64,000 nt of DNA from an uncultured bacterium (GCA_963749495.1 CAVVMW010000012.1:160001-224000), one strand, 5' to 3'. Positions 20,608-32,000 are shown, counted from the first letter of the stretch. The notes: a model not told the origin generated them from the sequence alone. Translations and numbers: made by a program.

Positions 20608-21316
20608 TTCATCTGGTATTCTTTACTGCAACATTGCCACGCCACGTTCCTCTGGGCTCAGCCTATCCCCGGCCCAGGAAGGCCAACCCCCGCAACGAAC
20701 GGCGCAGCCCGTGGGGCTCCCTTCCCAGCCCACACCACGACCTCGCTGCTACTACGGTCCGAGGAGGCGGGATCTCCCAACTCTTTTTGTCCTTTCGCAC
20801 TTTTCCCAAAGGCCCTCCGGGACTGCCGACGCTGGCGCTGAACTCATGGCCTCAACGGACCATGCAGAGGTCTCACAAGGAGTCCAGGAAATCGGCCGGA
20901 CAGGACCGTAAGGCCCAAGACTTGTTCCATCCATTCCCGTGAAAAACGGGGCAAATGGTATGGGTGCGGCGAGGAATGGACTGCCCAATCCCCTTCCCAT
21001 TTCCCCGATGCGGCTATGGAGGGGCTATGGCCGACTGCGGAGGGAAGAACTAGGCTGGTCTGGGGGCCAAGCAGGGGCGAGCCGTCGGCCTACGCCGCCT
21101 TTAGGCTCTTGGCTGGCTGCGTGCAAACCGCTCCCGGCACCATGTCCAGCGATCAGGCAGCCGGAGCCGCCAGAACCCCTGCCGAGCAGCGGCCGCAGGG
21201 GATTCCCGGAGGCAGATGGGCCAAAAAGACGTTTCCCAATCTGCATTTTTTTGGGAGAAATGCCATGGAAGCTCCGAATTAACCGGAGACAGACAGCGGT
21301 TATTGAAACCACCATC

Positions 21317-21952
21317 GTGAAGCCGTTGGACCCGTTTATTCCGACCCGGCAGTCGTTGCTGAGCCGGCTCAAAGATTTGGACGACCAGGATAGCTGGAAG
21401 GTCTTCTTCGACACTTACTGGCGGATTATTTACAACGCCGCCGTCCGGGCCGGGCTGAGCGATGCCGAAGCCCGGGATGTGGTCCAGGAGACGATCCTCT
21501 CGGTCTCCAGGAAGCTGCCCGGCTTCGATTATGATCCGGCAAAGGGCTCCTTCAAGGGTTGGCTGCTCACCGTGACCCGGTGGCGCATCGCGGACCAGTT
21601 CAGAAAGCGAGGCCCAGGAAGCGCCCAGCCGAGACACCAAAGGATGGCGCAGACGAGCACATCCCGAACGGCGACGGTGGAGAGGCTGGCTGATCCTGCC
21701 GACTCGGCCTTGGAGGCCCTGTGGGACCGGGAATGGGAGAGGACGCTCCTAAAGGCCGCTTTGGAGAGAGCCAAGAAAAAGGCCGACTCCCGCGACTACC
21801 AGGCATTCGATCTGTGCGTGAACCAGGGCGTGCCTTTTTCTGAAGTGGCACGGCTCCTGCGGCTCAGCCGGCTCCAGGTTTATCGGGCCAAATACCGGGT
21901 CAAAAAGTTAGTCGAACAAGAAATCGCTTCTCTGAAGAATAAGTTGCTTTAA
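21317..21952 (+). CDS. ECF sigma factor (TRxSLLxRL type, usually kinase-associated)
   Basis: PTRQSLLSRLKD, ARDVVQE, GSFKGWL; start uncertain. Confidence 0.9.
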   Translation: MKPLDPFIPTRQSLLSRLKDLDDQDSWKVFFDTYWRIIYNAAVRAGLSDAEARDVVQETILSVSRKLPGFDYDPAKGSFKGWLLTVTRWRIADQFRKRGPGSAQPRHQRMAQTSTSRTATVERLADPADSALEALWDREWERTLLKAALERAKKKADSRDYQAFDLCVNQGVPFSEVARLLRLSRLQVYRAKYRVKKLVEQEIASLKNKLL

Positions 21953-24900
21953 GAAGGGCCCAACGGACCCGGGCGATTTTCATCTGTTTTCAGATGCTCC
22001 TTGACGCGAACCAGGCGTTCGGAGAGTATCGTGTCTCCGCGCCGCAGAGCCATAAGCCGTTCCAGGTGGAAGGCGGCAGCAAACCAATCCCCCTCCAGTT
22101 CGCTCTTTGCCGCTTCGAATTCATGCCAGGCGAGGACATCGTCCGAGGAAGTCGTGAAATCAGAAGGATATTTGACGCGGAGTCGTTCCCACAAAGCGCT
22201 GAGCCGATCCGCTGTGGGCGCGGTGGCGGCGCCCGAGGAGACGAACGCGTCACCCGAAAGCAGCCGTGCCAGCCCTCTCAGGTCATCAACGGGTCGCTCG
22301 TCCAGAGCAACTTCCCAAAGCCAGGCTTTGCCCTTCTGGTCCCAGGTGACTATCCGGCGTCCGCCGGGCAGGAATCGTCCGCCCCCGAGCATATCAATGT
22401 GCCACAGCCCTGGAGTCAGAGGATCGCCGGTCTCCGAACTCCAAACCCGTGCGCTCCCGTCGGCGCTGGCGGTCAACACCGATTCTCCATCGGGACTGAA
22501 GCCGACCATTTGCACTTGATGGCGGTGCTTCAACGTGGGGGTAAGTGGCCGGCCTGTCATCGCATCCCAGACCCGAGCCGTGAAGTCCTCACCGGCGGTG
22601 GCGACTCGCCGGGCGTCAGAGCTGAATGCGGCCCAGAGCACGCCATCGGTGTGGTCCAACGGCGCACCGTGGGGCCTGCCAGTCTTCGCATCCCAGACCT
22701 GGGCGTGGCACCTCGTGAAATTGGGGTCGGCGCAGCAGGATACGAGCCAGGCCCCGTTGGGGCTGAACTCGGCGCGGCTCACCGGAGAAGAGTGCCTCAG
22801 CGGTCCGCACATTTCCCGGCCCGTAAGCGCATCCCACACTCTCACCACGTGGTCGCCCCAGGCCGCCACCGAATCCCCGGCCGCACTGAAGACAGCGCCC
22901 TCAATCTTGCCCTCGGGCAGCTGGGCTTCCGCCAGCGGTTTTCCGGCACCCACGTCCCACGTGCGAATCACCGCGCCGGTGAACACCACAAGGTGCTTGG
23001 CGTCCTTGCCGAGGATTACTTTCGAAATCCCGTTTGAGATCGACATCGGAGGACCGATGCGCTCGCCTGTTGCTGTATTGAACACTTCGATGAATCGATC
23101 AGGACTCCTTGATCCTGGCTGACCGGATTGGGCAGCCAGGAGAAACGCCCCGTCGCCGCTGAGTCTTGCCTCCCGCAGTCGAGGGCCCAGCCTCAGCCGC
23201 GAGACCTCACGCTTCGAGACCGTGTCCCGCACCTGGACTCCCTCCCCGGTGATGGTCATAAACCTCGTTGCGTCCTCGCTCAAGCAGGAGGAATTCCCCA
23301 GCGGTGTGGCCGTTCTGTGCGCCAAGTCCCAGACGCGCACCGTCCCATCAATACAGGAGCTGACGACACGGTGCCCGTCAGGAGCGAAGGCGGCGTGCGT
23401 TACTCGGTCGCTGTGCCTCAGGATGGGATTCGGATCAAGCGGCTGATGGTTGCCCGCCATCCAGATGCGCACCTCACCGTCCAAGCCGGCAGTGATAATC
23501 AACCGACCGTCCGGGCTGAATTCCGCGCTCGAAACCGCGTCAGCATGGTTCAGCTCGAACGGAATCAACCTTCCCGTGGCTGTGTCCCAAAAGTGCGCCT
23601 TATGATCATAACAGGCGGTTACCAGCGTATGCCCGTCCGGGCTGAAGGCAGCGTACCCGACCCAGGTAGGGTGGACTAGCGGGGGAACGGCCTGATGGCC
23701 GCTGGTGGCGTCCCAAATCCGTGCGGTGTGGTCGCAGCCGGCGGTGGCGATACGGCGTCCGTCGGGGCTGAACGTGGCAAACAGGACAGCGCCGGTGTGC
23801 CCTGCCAGGTTGAATTCGAGCTTCCAAGTGCCGGCATTCCAAACCCGCACCAGTCCGTCATAGCTTGCGGTGACGATATGCTTGCCATCCGGGCTGAATA
23901 GAGCGCTCGTCACCTTGTCGCTGTGAGGCAGGATCGCCACAAATGTGCCATCGCTGGCGTTCCGCACGCGCGCCGTCTTGTCCTCACTGGCCGTGATGAC
24001 CAGACGGCCATCTGGGCTGTACGACGCTCGGCAAAGACCGTAACCACGCCCGAACAAGGCCGTGACAGGCCGGCTGGTCTCGACATCAAAAATCTGGGCC
24101 TTGCCAAGCCACTCCGCCACCAGCACTCTCTTGCCGTCAGGGCTGAAGCAAACGTCTTGCGCCTGTTTTGACCCAAACCACATCTGCACCAACCTGGCGC
24201 ACTGCGCCAAGGCCGAACCGATCCTGAGCCGGTGCCCCCGTTCACGTTCCGCATCCCCTTTGTCCAGGTAGAGCGCCTCGCTGAAATAACCCAGGCACCC
24301 GGACAGGTCGCCGGAATCCATGGCTCGGTTGCCATAAGCGATGTTGACGCCCACCTGCCGCTGCCGCGCCTCCGAGGTGATTCGCCGTTCTCGCTCGACT
24401 CCGTAGGCGACGGTCGCCAGCACCAGAAGTGCCACCCCGCACACCCCGGCGCCCCGCTTCAAGTTGGACCAGCGCCGCTCCAAAGTCCTCAACCGTTTGA
24501 CCGATTTCCCCTTGGCCGCGACCAGCAAGTCCGCATGCATTTCCCAGGCCGACTGGTAACGCTGGCCGAGATTGTTCTGACATGCCCGCAGGATGATTTC
24601 ATTCAGCTCCAGGAGGCCGGCGCACTCAGGGGACTGCCTCCAGCGACCAGGAAGCTCCGGGAACTCCAGGCGATCCTTGCCGGTACTGGCTTCATAAAGA
24701 ACCTTGCCCAGGCCGTAAACGTCGGCTCGGGCGGTGCCCGGACCCTCCGGTGGCATAAACCCCTCGGTGCCCACGTACGAGTGGCCCTCATTAACCTGCG
24801 CCACCAGCCCTATGTCGGCCAGCTTCGGCACACCATTGACGAAAATGATATTCGAAGGCTTAATATCGCGGTGGATGAGGCCGTGACTGTGCAACTGCAC

Positions 24901-25440
24901 CAGGGCGTCGCTCAGCGCCAGCCCCAAACGGAGGCACCCCGCCAGGGGCAGACTGCCCCGGCGCGCGATCTCCTTGCTCAAGGTCCGGGGTGAATAATCG
25001 TCCGGCTCGATGGCCTGCTCCCGCGCCAAGTCGTCTCCCAGTTCCATGACGTAGTAGAAGCAGCCCAATTGGTCGTTCACGCCCACCTGGAGCACGTCCA
25101 CAAAGCCTTCGTGCGAGCGCGAAATGGGCTCGAACTTGCGGATGCCGGAGAGCTCCCGCTGATAGGGGCGGTGGTCCTGAAACGACTTGCGATAGATGAT
25201 CTTCGCCGCCCGGTACATTCCAAGCGTGCTGCGCGCCAGCCAGACCTCCCCGTAGCTCCCCTTGCCGATGCGCCGGAGTAATTGATGATCGGCGATTTCC
25301 ACCCCAGGACCGTCATCGTCCGGGGCGGCCGATGGGCCGGCCCTATGCTGCTCTCGGGCGCCATTCATTTGCTGTGCGTCGAATGGGTTCTCACGGGGAC
25401 CGATGGACCGAATTAAGCGATATGGTTCTTCCCCTTGCAA
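21949..25440 (-). CDS. Ser/Thr protein kinase with WD40 repeats
   Basis: IGKGSYGEVW, HRDIKPSN, ADIG, GTEGFMPPE; many FSPDG..WD repeats. Confidence 0.95.
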   Translation of the reverse strand: MQGEEPYRLIRSIGPRENPFDAQQMNGAREQHRAGPSAAPDDDGPGVEIADHQLLRRIGKGSYGEVWLARSTLGMYRAAKIIYRKSFQDHRPYQRELSGIRKFEPISRSHEGFVDVLQVGVNDQLGCFYYVMELGDDLAREQAIEPDDYSPRTLSKEIARRGSLPLAGCLRLGLALSDALVQLHSHGLIHRDIKPSNIIFVNGVPKLADIGLVAQVNEGHSYVGTEGFMPPEGPGTARADVYGLGKVLYEASTGKDRLEFPELPGRWRQSPECAGLLELNEIILRACQNNLGQRYQSAWEMHADLLVAAKGKSVKRLRTLERRWSNLKRGAGVCGVALLVLATVAYGVERERRITSEARQRQVGVNIAYGNRAMDSGDLSGCLGYFSEALYLDKGDAERERGHRLRIGSALAQCARLVQMWFGSKQAQDVCFSPDGKRVLVAEWLGKAQIFDVETSRPVTALFGRGYGLCRASYSPDGRLVITASEDKTARVRNASDGTFVAILPHSDKVTSALFSPDGKHIVTASYDGLVRVWNAGTWKLEFNLAGHTGAVLFATFSPDGRRIATAGCDHTARIWDATSGHQAVPPLVHPTWVGYAAFSPDGHTLVTACYDHKAHFWDTATGRLIPFELNHADAVSSAEFSPDGRLIITAGLDGEVRIWMAGNHQPLDPNPILRHSDRVTHAAFAPDGHRVVSSCIDGTVRVWDLAHRTATPLGNSSCLSEDATRFMTITGEGVQVRDTVSKREVSRLRLGPRLREARLSGDGAFLLAAQSGQPGSRSPDRFIEVFNTATGERIGPPMSISNGISKVILGKDAKHLVVFTGAVIRTWDVGAGKPLAEAQLPEGKIEGAVFSAAGDSVAAWGDHVVRVWDALTGREMCGPLRHSSPVSRAEFSPNGAWLVSCCADPNFTRCHAQVWDAKTGRPHGAPLDHTDGVLWAAFSSDARRVATAGEDFTARVWDAMTGRPLTPTLKHRHQVQMVGFSPDGESVLTASADGSARVWSSETGDPLTPGLWHIDMLGGGRFLPGGRRIVTWDQKGKAWLWEVALDERPVDDLRGLARLLSGDAFVSSGAATAPTADRLSALWERLRVKYPSDFTTSSDDVLAWHEFEAAKSELEGDWFAAAFHLERLMALRRGDTILSERLVRVKEHLKTDENRPGPLGPS

Positions 25441-25510
25441 GACATTTCGTGAGCTTCCGCCGGCCCAGGGGGCCGCGGCCTGACCCGGCGGCAGGGCGGC
25501 CGCCGGGAGT

Positions 25511-28069
25511 TCACGCTCTCCAGTCCGGGTCGAAGTCGCTCGCCTGGTGGAAGCCTCCGCCCCAGACGCTCTGGCTCCCGATGTGCTGCACCAGCGACGG
25601 GGCGTGATATAGAATGGGCTGTTTCAACCGGCCTGCGAGGCGGGAGATCTTGATGTCTTGCAAGCCTCCCACCCTGTGCCAATGCCGCACCACGTAATCG
25701 GCCGTGGGCTTGGACAAGAGGAATGCCTGGCTCCCGAATACCCCCTCCGGCAGCACAATGCGGGCGCGGTTTGGAAAATCGAATGCCGCTTCCCGGAGCC
25801 GCGGGTTGTACAAACCGGCAAGGGCCACCATCCCGGCCCGAACGGGCCTCCAGTGGAGCAAGTTGTGGCGGATGTGGCGGTTGAAGTCCAAGTCGTCTTC
25901 CAAAAAGAGTATATAGTCGCAGGGGGTCTCCAGCGCCCGCTTGAGCGCAAGCCGGGCGCAACGCTCCTGGCGGCTGCGATGATCACTGCCACCGTCCTCG
26001 TCCATCTGGACCAGAACCGGCTCTCCATCCCAGTCCGTTCTGGCCAGGTTGGCCAGGGTCTGGTGCCTCATCTCATCGCGCTCCGGGCAGGACATCATCA
26101 CGGCGGCGATTCGGACCGGCTTTACTTTGGGCCATCTTCCTCCCAGCGGCCTCGACCTTTTGCCGTTCGGGCAGCCGTTCCAGGCCCTCCGCAGCTCAAC
26201 CAGGTAATCGCGGCATTCCTGCTCGAACCAGAAGTCCTCGACCCGCCGGTTGAGCAGAAACGGGTCCCACTTGTCCTGGTTCCGGTGCTGAAAGAGCCGG
26301 CGCCCCCGGAAGTCATGCTGGCACATCGTGCCGGCAAGCGGGTGGATGGGCGTAGGCACGAGGTAATAGTCTTGCCGCAGTTTCCGAAACGCCAGGTGGA
26401 ACGTCTCTTTGTCGCCATGCACATAGCGGTAATAGAAATCAGAATGCTCGTTGAACCACAGGCTCAAGCAGAGCGCCGGCCAGCACCGCATCTTGTCCAC
26501 TAGGATCTGCCCACTCTCAAATTCCGGTTCCCGCGGCTGCCGCAGGCCGCAACTTCGCCAAATGGCCGGCCCCTTGTCGTTCTTGTTCTGCGCATAATCT
26601 GGCCAGAAAACGGCCCCGCTGGCGCGGAATTGAGGTGCCCCGAACAGGAATGCCGGGTTCGTCACCGGCACATTGTCGGCATCAAGGAGCAGCACCTCTC
26701 GAAACGGCGAGTGCAACACAGCATAGGGCTTGAGCGGCCAGCCCCCCGAGATCCGGCGGGCCGGGAAGGCCTTGCGAACCGTGAGGGCATCCACGCACTC
26801 TACGCCCAGTGGCGCTACCAGCGCCCCCATCCGCTCATCCAATTCGTTCGCCCCCAGGTGCCAGAGCTGGATCGGCAGGGCGCATCCGAGCCTCCTCAGC
26901 ATCTTGATGCAGACCCAGGCGCACGCGAAATACCGGGCGCCGCCTCCACAGATCACGATCCCGCGACCCTGGTAGCGCCCCGGATAAGCCGGGATCGTAG
27001 GGAGGAACCTCTCCAAGGCCGTCCCGGCATTCTGGAGCGTCAAGGGCTGCTCGTCGAACGCGGGCTTGGCCATCGCGGTGATTCCGCGGTTTGCAGCCCT
27101 CCGCTGGGAAGGCGAAAAGTACTTCAAGACGCCGCCTTTGTAATATAACTCCACCCGGCGGATCACCTCCGCTGGGGTGATGAGGTCCAGGCAACGCGGC
27201 AGCCCGTTGACCAGGTTATGGCAGAGCCGGCCCGGCCTGTCCCGCCTGTCCCCGTCGTGCAACCGTGCAATGCGATCTTTCCAGCACCCGCCTTGCCCGC
27301 CACAGGCCAGCGCGCCGTTGCTGTGGATGAACTGGTGGCCAGGATACGCTTCCCAGTGGGCCGGTTCGCGCCCACCTGCAACCACGACGCACGGCCGCAG
27401 GGCAGACCGCCCGGGCCTGGTTTCCACGGCGGCGGCCAGATGCATCAGGGCCGTCACGGAGCAGAGCACGCCTTGGGCGTGATAGACCAGGCGCACCAAC
27501 TCCCGCAAGGTGGTTTGACCACGCAGGTCGATGACCCCCTGCAACTTCGGGTGGTGGTGCCCATAACCGCCCACTTGGACGAACAGGATCTTGCCCCGAA
27601 AATAGTCGATGACCTCCTGGTAACGCTCAGTCTGCCACCACTTGATGGTGACGTCGTACTTCCCCCCGGCCGCGACTATCCAAAACGGGGTGTCCTCGCC
27701 GGTGAGCTCGTGGACCTGGGAAAACCAAGCCCTCTCCTGCGGGGCGAGGTGGATGTCGCCCTTGAAGGCAGTCGGCTTGATCGCCAGCTTAAGCCGGTCG
27801 CTGAGGAATTCAATGAATCCGTTCAAGCAGTGGTGCGGGGTCGTCCTGCACCGGTTAATCAGGGGATACGAGCAATCGATCTGGGCCACCTCGCGATCAT
27901 CCTCGGACAGGGGAGTCAGGAGCGGGTTGTGTTCCCAGAGATCTGGACAGGGCGTTCGGACGTCCGTCTGGAATTGGCCCGGATAACATTGGTGCAGGTC
28001 TCGCACGGCCCCAGTGAGCATCACGATGTCGCCTGGAGCGAACCCACACTTCAAGATCAGCTTCTTCAT
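25511..28069 (-). CDS. Three-domain glycosyltransferase: GT9-like, GT71/MNN2-like and a C-terminal GT-A domain
   Basis: PGDIVML, DLRGQTTLREL, MHLAAA; RGIVICGGG, LLLDADN, FWPD, ESGQILVDK, GDKETF; LFLEDD, PSLVQHIG. Confidence 0.85.
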   Translation of the reverse strand: MKKLILKCGFAPGDIVMLTGAVRDLHQCYPGQFQTDVRTPCPDLWEHNPLLTPLSEDDREVAQIDCSYPLINRCRTTPHHCLNGFIEFLSDRLKLAIKPTAFKGDIHLAPQERAWFSQVHELTGEDTPFWIVAAGGKYDVTIKWWQTERYQEVIDYFRGKILFVQVGGYGHHHPKLQGVIDLRGQTTLRELVRLVYHAQGVLCSVTALMHLAAAVETRPGRSALRPCVVVAGGREPAHWEAYPGHQFIHSNGALACGGQGGCWKDRIARLHDGDRRDRPGRLCHNLVNGLPRCLDLITPAEVIRRVELYYKGGVLKYFSPSQRRAANRGITAMAKPAFDEQPLTLQNAGTALERFLPTIPAYPGRYQGRGIVICGGGARYFACAWVCIKMLRRLGCALPIQLWHLGANELDERMGALVAPLGVECVDALTVRKAFPARRISGGWPLKPYAVLHSPFREVLLLDADNVPVTNPAFLFGAPQFRASGAVFWPDYAQNKNDKGPAIWRSCGLRQPREPEFESGQILVDKMRCWPALCLSLWFNEHSDFYYRYVHGDKETFHLAFRKLRQDYYLVPTPIHPLAGTMCQHDFRGRRLFQHRNQDKWDPFLLNRRVEDFWFEQECRDYLVELRRAWNGCPNGKRSRPLGGRWPKVKPVRIAAVMMSCPERDEMRHQTLANLARTDWDGEPVLVQMDEDGGSDHRSRQERCARLALKRALETPCDYILFLEDDLDFNRHIRHNLLHWRPVRAGMVALAGLYNPRLREAAFDFPNRARIVLPEGVFGSQAFLLSKPTADYVVRHWHRVGGLQDIKISRLAGRLKQPILYHAPSLVQHIGSQSVWGGGFHQASDFDPDWRA

Positions 28070-28153
28070 ATTAGCGGGCGGGAGGACGAGGACGCTCCAT
28101 TTGCTCGCCCTCGCCCTCCCGGCTTGCTTGGCGGTTCACCGATACCGTCGCCA

Positions 28154-28318
28154 CTACTCGCCTGGCGACGGGGTCGAAGGCGCTGGAGTCCAGCCCGGCG
28201 GAGGGCTGGGGTCCGGTTCGTCCAGCGGTTGGATGTTGGCCGGCCTTTGAACCGGTTTGGGGCTAAAGCCAGGTTCTTGTACGGCATTCTGTTTGACTGA
28301 TCTAACGGTGCTATTCAT
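28154..28318 (-). CDS. Short Pro/Ser/Thr-rich peptide
   Basis: 54 aa, ATG preceded by A-rich AAATAAACAC; directly upstream of the glycosyltransferase. Confidence 0.4.
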   Translation of the reverse strand: MNSTVRSVKQNAVQEPGFSPKPVQRPANIQPLDEPDPSPPPGWTPAPSTPSPGE

Positions 28319-28788
28319 GTGTTTATTTGGTTTTGGCCCGGGCAAGAGAGACCGTGCCGGGCCGGTTTTCCTTACGGAAACGTCTCTCTGGGAAAGAGTT
28401 TTGCTCCGTGCGCGAGGGCTTTCGAGAGGAGTTCAAAACGCGTCGCCTCAGGCTCGCAAGAATCCTTCGACGGAGCGCATACGTGGCGCGGCCACATGCC
28501 ACGCTGCCAACCGGTCCCTCGTTAGGACCGGAAGGCGGCACGAACAGCCCGGGGCTGAGCCGGTTCACAGCCACTGAATGTAGGCTCGGTAGAACGGCGC
28601 GCAGGAAGGCCGTCGCCTGCGTCACCAGCCCCGCATAGATTTCCGCCACTAGCTGACACCGTTTCCGCTGGGACCCAGACAATAACGGCTTAGCTGCCGC
28701 GCACGTCAGGTGAGTCTTCGTCCGGGTGAGCCGGTCTAATACGGTCGTCATGCGCGCAGTTTGCCGCGCGCCAGCCCTTCTTGTCTAA

Positions 28789-29033
28789 GGACAGCGCGGA
28801 GTGCGCGGACTATGCGGAGTTTTTATGGTTGGGCCGGCTTTCGATGGGGTGGATGTTGGCCGCCCGCGAAGCGGCAATGGCGGGTGTTTGTGAAGGTCCT
28901 CGCGCCCGTCCCCACGATTCATCCGTGGTACACGGCACTCGGAAATTGAATGCGCACTTGGCGCGGCATGGTCCATTGTGGCTGCCCCGCCCGTGCTGTC
29001 ACTCGAAAATGCACAATGTAAGGGCTTGACTCC
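28789..29033 (-). mobile_element. Degenerate RAYT/Y1 transposase element, left end (copy 2)
   Basis: Colinear with 19825-20070; MPRQVRIQFPSAVYH from ATG 28969, then frameshift. Confidence 0.8.
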
Positions 29034-29087
29034 TTTCCTCGTCGAGACTCCTCAAGTCAACTCGATGGGTGCTTAGCTGGGCCGGAA

Positions 29088-32000
29088 CTAAGGATGCGTC
29101 TGTTTGGGCGCTCTGGAGGGCTTGCCGTGGAGCATCCAGAATTCGAGAAGGCGGGCCAGTTCAAGGGCCTTTTTCTCGTCAGCGGTGCGGCTGCGGGAGA
29201 GTTCGGCTGCGGTGGCGGCAGCGGCGGCCAGGCGCTGGGCGATCCGGCGTTGCAGGGCCTGGCCGGCATTCTCGGTCTTCGGCAGAAGGACCGGGCCATG
29301 AATGCCGTGCTGGGTCAGAAGATAGACGATTTCGGCGTGGGCGCGACTGGGCAAAGGGAGCCGCTGGGGGGCGAGCTTGGCGGCGTGAGGGTTGGTGAAA
29401 AAAACGGTGTTCGGATCTAAAAAATCATTGGCGTCTGGCAAGCTGGGGTGACCTTCGGGGATGTTGACCGGAAGGCCCTCGGCTACCTGGCTGCCAACCC
29501 ACTGGGCCAGTGGCTGCTTGTCTTCGATGGGCAAGCCGTCCCACAAATCTGCGGCGAGTTCGTCGGTGCGGAATTCCCGGCCCTCGGCTTTGCCGCGTTG
29601 CTCCTGTTTCTGAACCTCGACAATGCGGATCTGGCGGAAGTGGTTTGCGGTTTCGTAATAGAGTTCGTCGCAGAGCTTCTCTCGCTCTGCCGCACCGGTG
29701 ACGCCAAGCGATTCAAAAACAGCGAGGTCGAGCGCTCGTCGATCAGCCATCCTCAATTCTTGCGGCAACTCAACCGGATTTTCGGCCAATCTTTTTATGC
29801 GCTCCGAGGAGCGGCATTCCATGAATTGCTCCTCAACCATGGGCTGGGTGTCGCGGGAGCATAGGCGGTGAAGGGCGTCCTGCAATTTCTTGGCGATGTT
29901 CTTGGTGGCCTGGCGAGGGTCTGGGATTTCCAGAAGGTTCACGTCAACCACTTCGGTCTTCAGATTGCCCTCGGTTCCGGCATAACGGCCGTAGAAAGTT
30001 TTGAAATTGGCCAGGAGCGTCGAGTTCAAGATGGCTTGTAGTGCGCCGACTTGCGTCTCGGAAAGCTCATAGGGATGAATGTCAAACAGGTTGTGGTTGC
30101 AGACGAGGTTTTCGGGGTTCGCGGGAATGACGTGTCGGTATTGTTGCGCCATGGGCCAGAAGGACACTCCGGGTTTGGTGTAGGTTAGATTGTACCAGGG
30201 GTCGCGGTTAGCGCAGGTTGAACGCTGTGGCACTGGCACGGCCTGGCTCTTGGCTGAGGCGAAGGTGTGTTGTTCGCCGTAACGCAGGTACTTCAAAACA
30301 TACGTGCCCTTGAGCTCGCTCATGGGCTTGGAAACGAAGAGCGATCAGACGGTCCACACCGCGCGCCCGAATCACGGGGCGACCCACGCTCATCAGGCTG
30401 TGAACCTCGGGCACGAGGTAATTGGCTTCAACGGGATGGACCGTGTCATCGCCGCTCCCGGTTTTCACAAGCTTCACCTCGCCGGATTGGACTTGGGAGC
30501 GCTTGCAGCGCGTATGAAGGGGCGCGTCGTTCCATTCGAGCTCGGGATATTTGTCAAGAAACTCCGCGCTGACATCGCGGGGCATGAAAAAAGCGTCGCA
30601 ACCGCTCTTGACGCCGAAGCGAATCGTCGCGATTTCACCTAGAGGCACGAAGCGGCTGCCGTAGCGCTGCATGATCTCGAAATAGAGGTTGGGAGCGCGG
30701 AGATACTTGCCCCATTTGCCGCCGCCGTATCTGGAACCGTACGCAGACCGCCGCCGTCGTGGAGCATCCCGTTGCCGCTTCCGTCGAAGTCCCCGGCGTA
30801 CTCGCCATCGCCATCGTCGCTCTCCAGCGCCGCAGCGGTTTTAATTCCTTCCGCCTGGTTGCGCTGCTTCTGCAGCTCGAACAGCCGTCCGGCGCGCAAG
30901 CCGTCTTCCCAAAGGTCCATCTGCCTTTTCACAACGATGCGGAAAGGATCGCGCGCTTTGCTCTTTGTGCAGTGCAAAATGATGTCGCGAAATTGCTCGG
31001 CGCCAAGTTGACGTGCGTTTTCGTCTTTGCGCTCGCCCAGAATCGCGGCCAGGGGGACGTTCAAACGCACGAACTTGACGAGGTGCGCATCGCGCGCTAC
31101 CGGATCCGCGCAGCGCTGTAAAATCACGGCGCAGGTCTTGACGCGCGCGTCTTCAAACCAGGGCTCGGCATTACTTTCGAGAACTGCGTGTATCTTGAAA
31201 TTCGTTAGAAGCCATTCCTGTAGGGCAAAGCCGTATTCAACATCGAGCCAACTGGAGGAGACGAGGAAACCGAGCCAACCGCCGTCAGGCAGGAGGTACG
31301 CCGCGGCCGGCCAGAAATAGCAGTGGAGGTCGCTACGGCCGCTGAATTGCAAGCCGGGCCAGAGTTCGGAGCAGAGCTCGAGCAGATCCTCCTTGGCCTG
31401 CATGGCCTTCGGCTTTGGTTTGGCGTTGCGGCGCGGAATGAGTTCCTGGCGGACATAGGGCGGGTTGCCGACAACGGCGTTGGGCTTGGGCAGGAAAATG
31501 GGGGCGCGTTTCCTTTCGCCGCGCAGGCCCTGGGGCAATTCGCAGAACGGTTTGCCGGCTCGGAACTCGAAGAAATTGCGGCGGGCAATGCGGGGATAAT
31601 TTTCTTCATCGTTGATCTCGCGGGCGGCGAGATTGAGCGTGGAGAGATGGGCGGCGAAAAGAGAAATGTCGGCGCCGTAAAGCTGCGTCAGACGGTCCTG
31701 GTGGGAAACGGCGGCGTGGGCAAGGCGTCTGTCGCGATGGAGCCAAGCTTTGCGGTGGTAGGCGCGGACGAGGAAACTGCCAGAGCCGCAGGCAGGGTCC
31801 AGGACGGTGTCTTCGGCCTTGCGGATGCAGAAGGCGTTGACGACATCCACCACGTCCTCGTTCGTGTAGTGCTGCCCGAACTTGTGGCGTTCCGCGGGCT
31901 CGATTAGGCGTTTGAAGATGCTGCCCAGAATGTCGGTGCGGATTTCTTTGAAGTCGAAAGGGCGGAGGTTTTCGAGGACGGAGCGCCAAGCATCCAAGGC

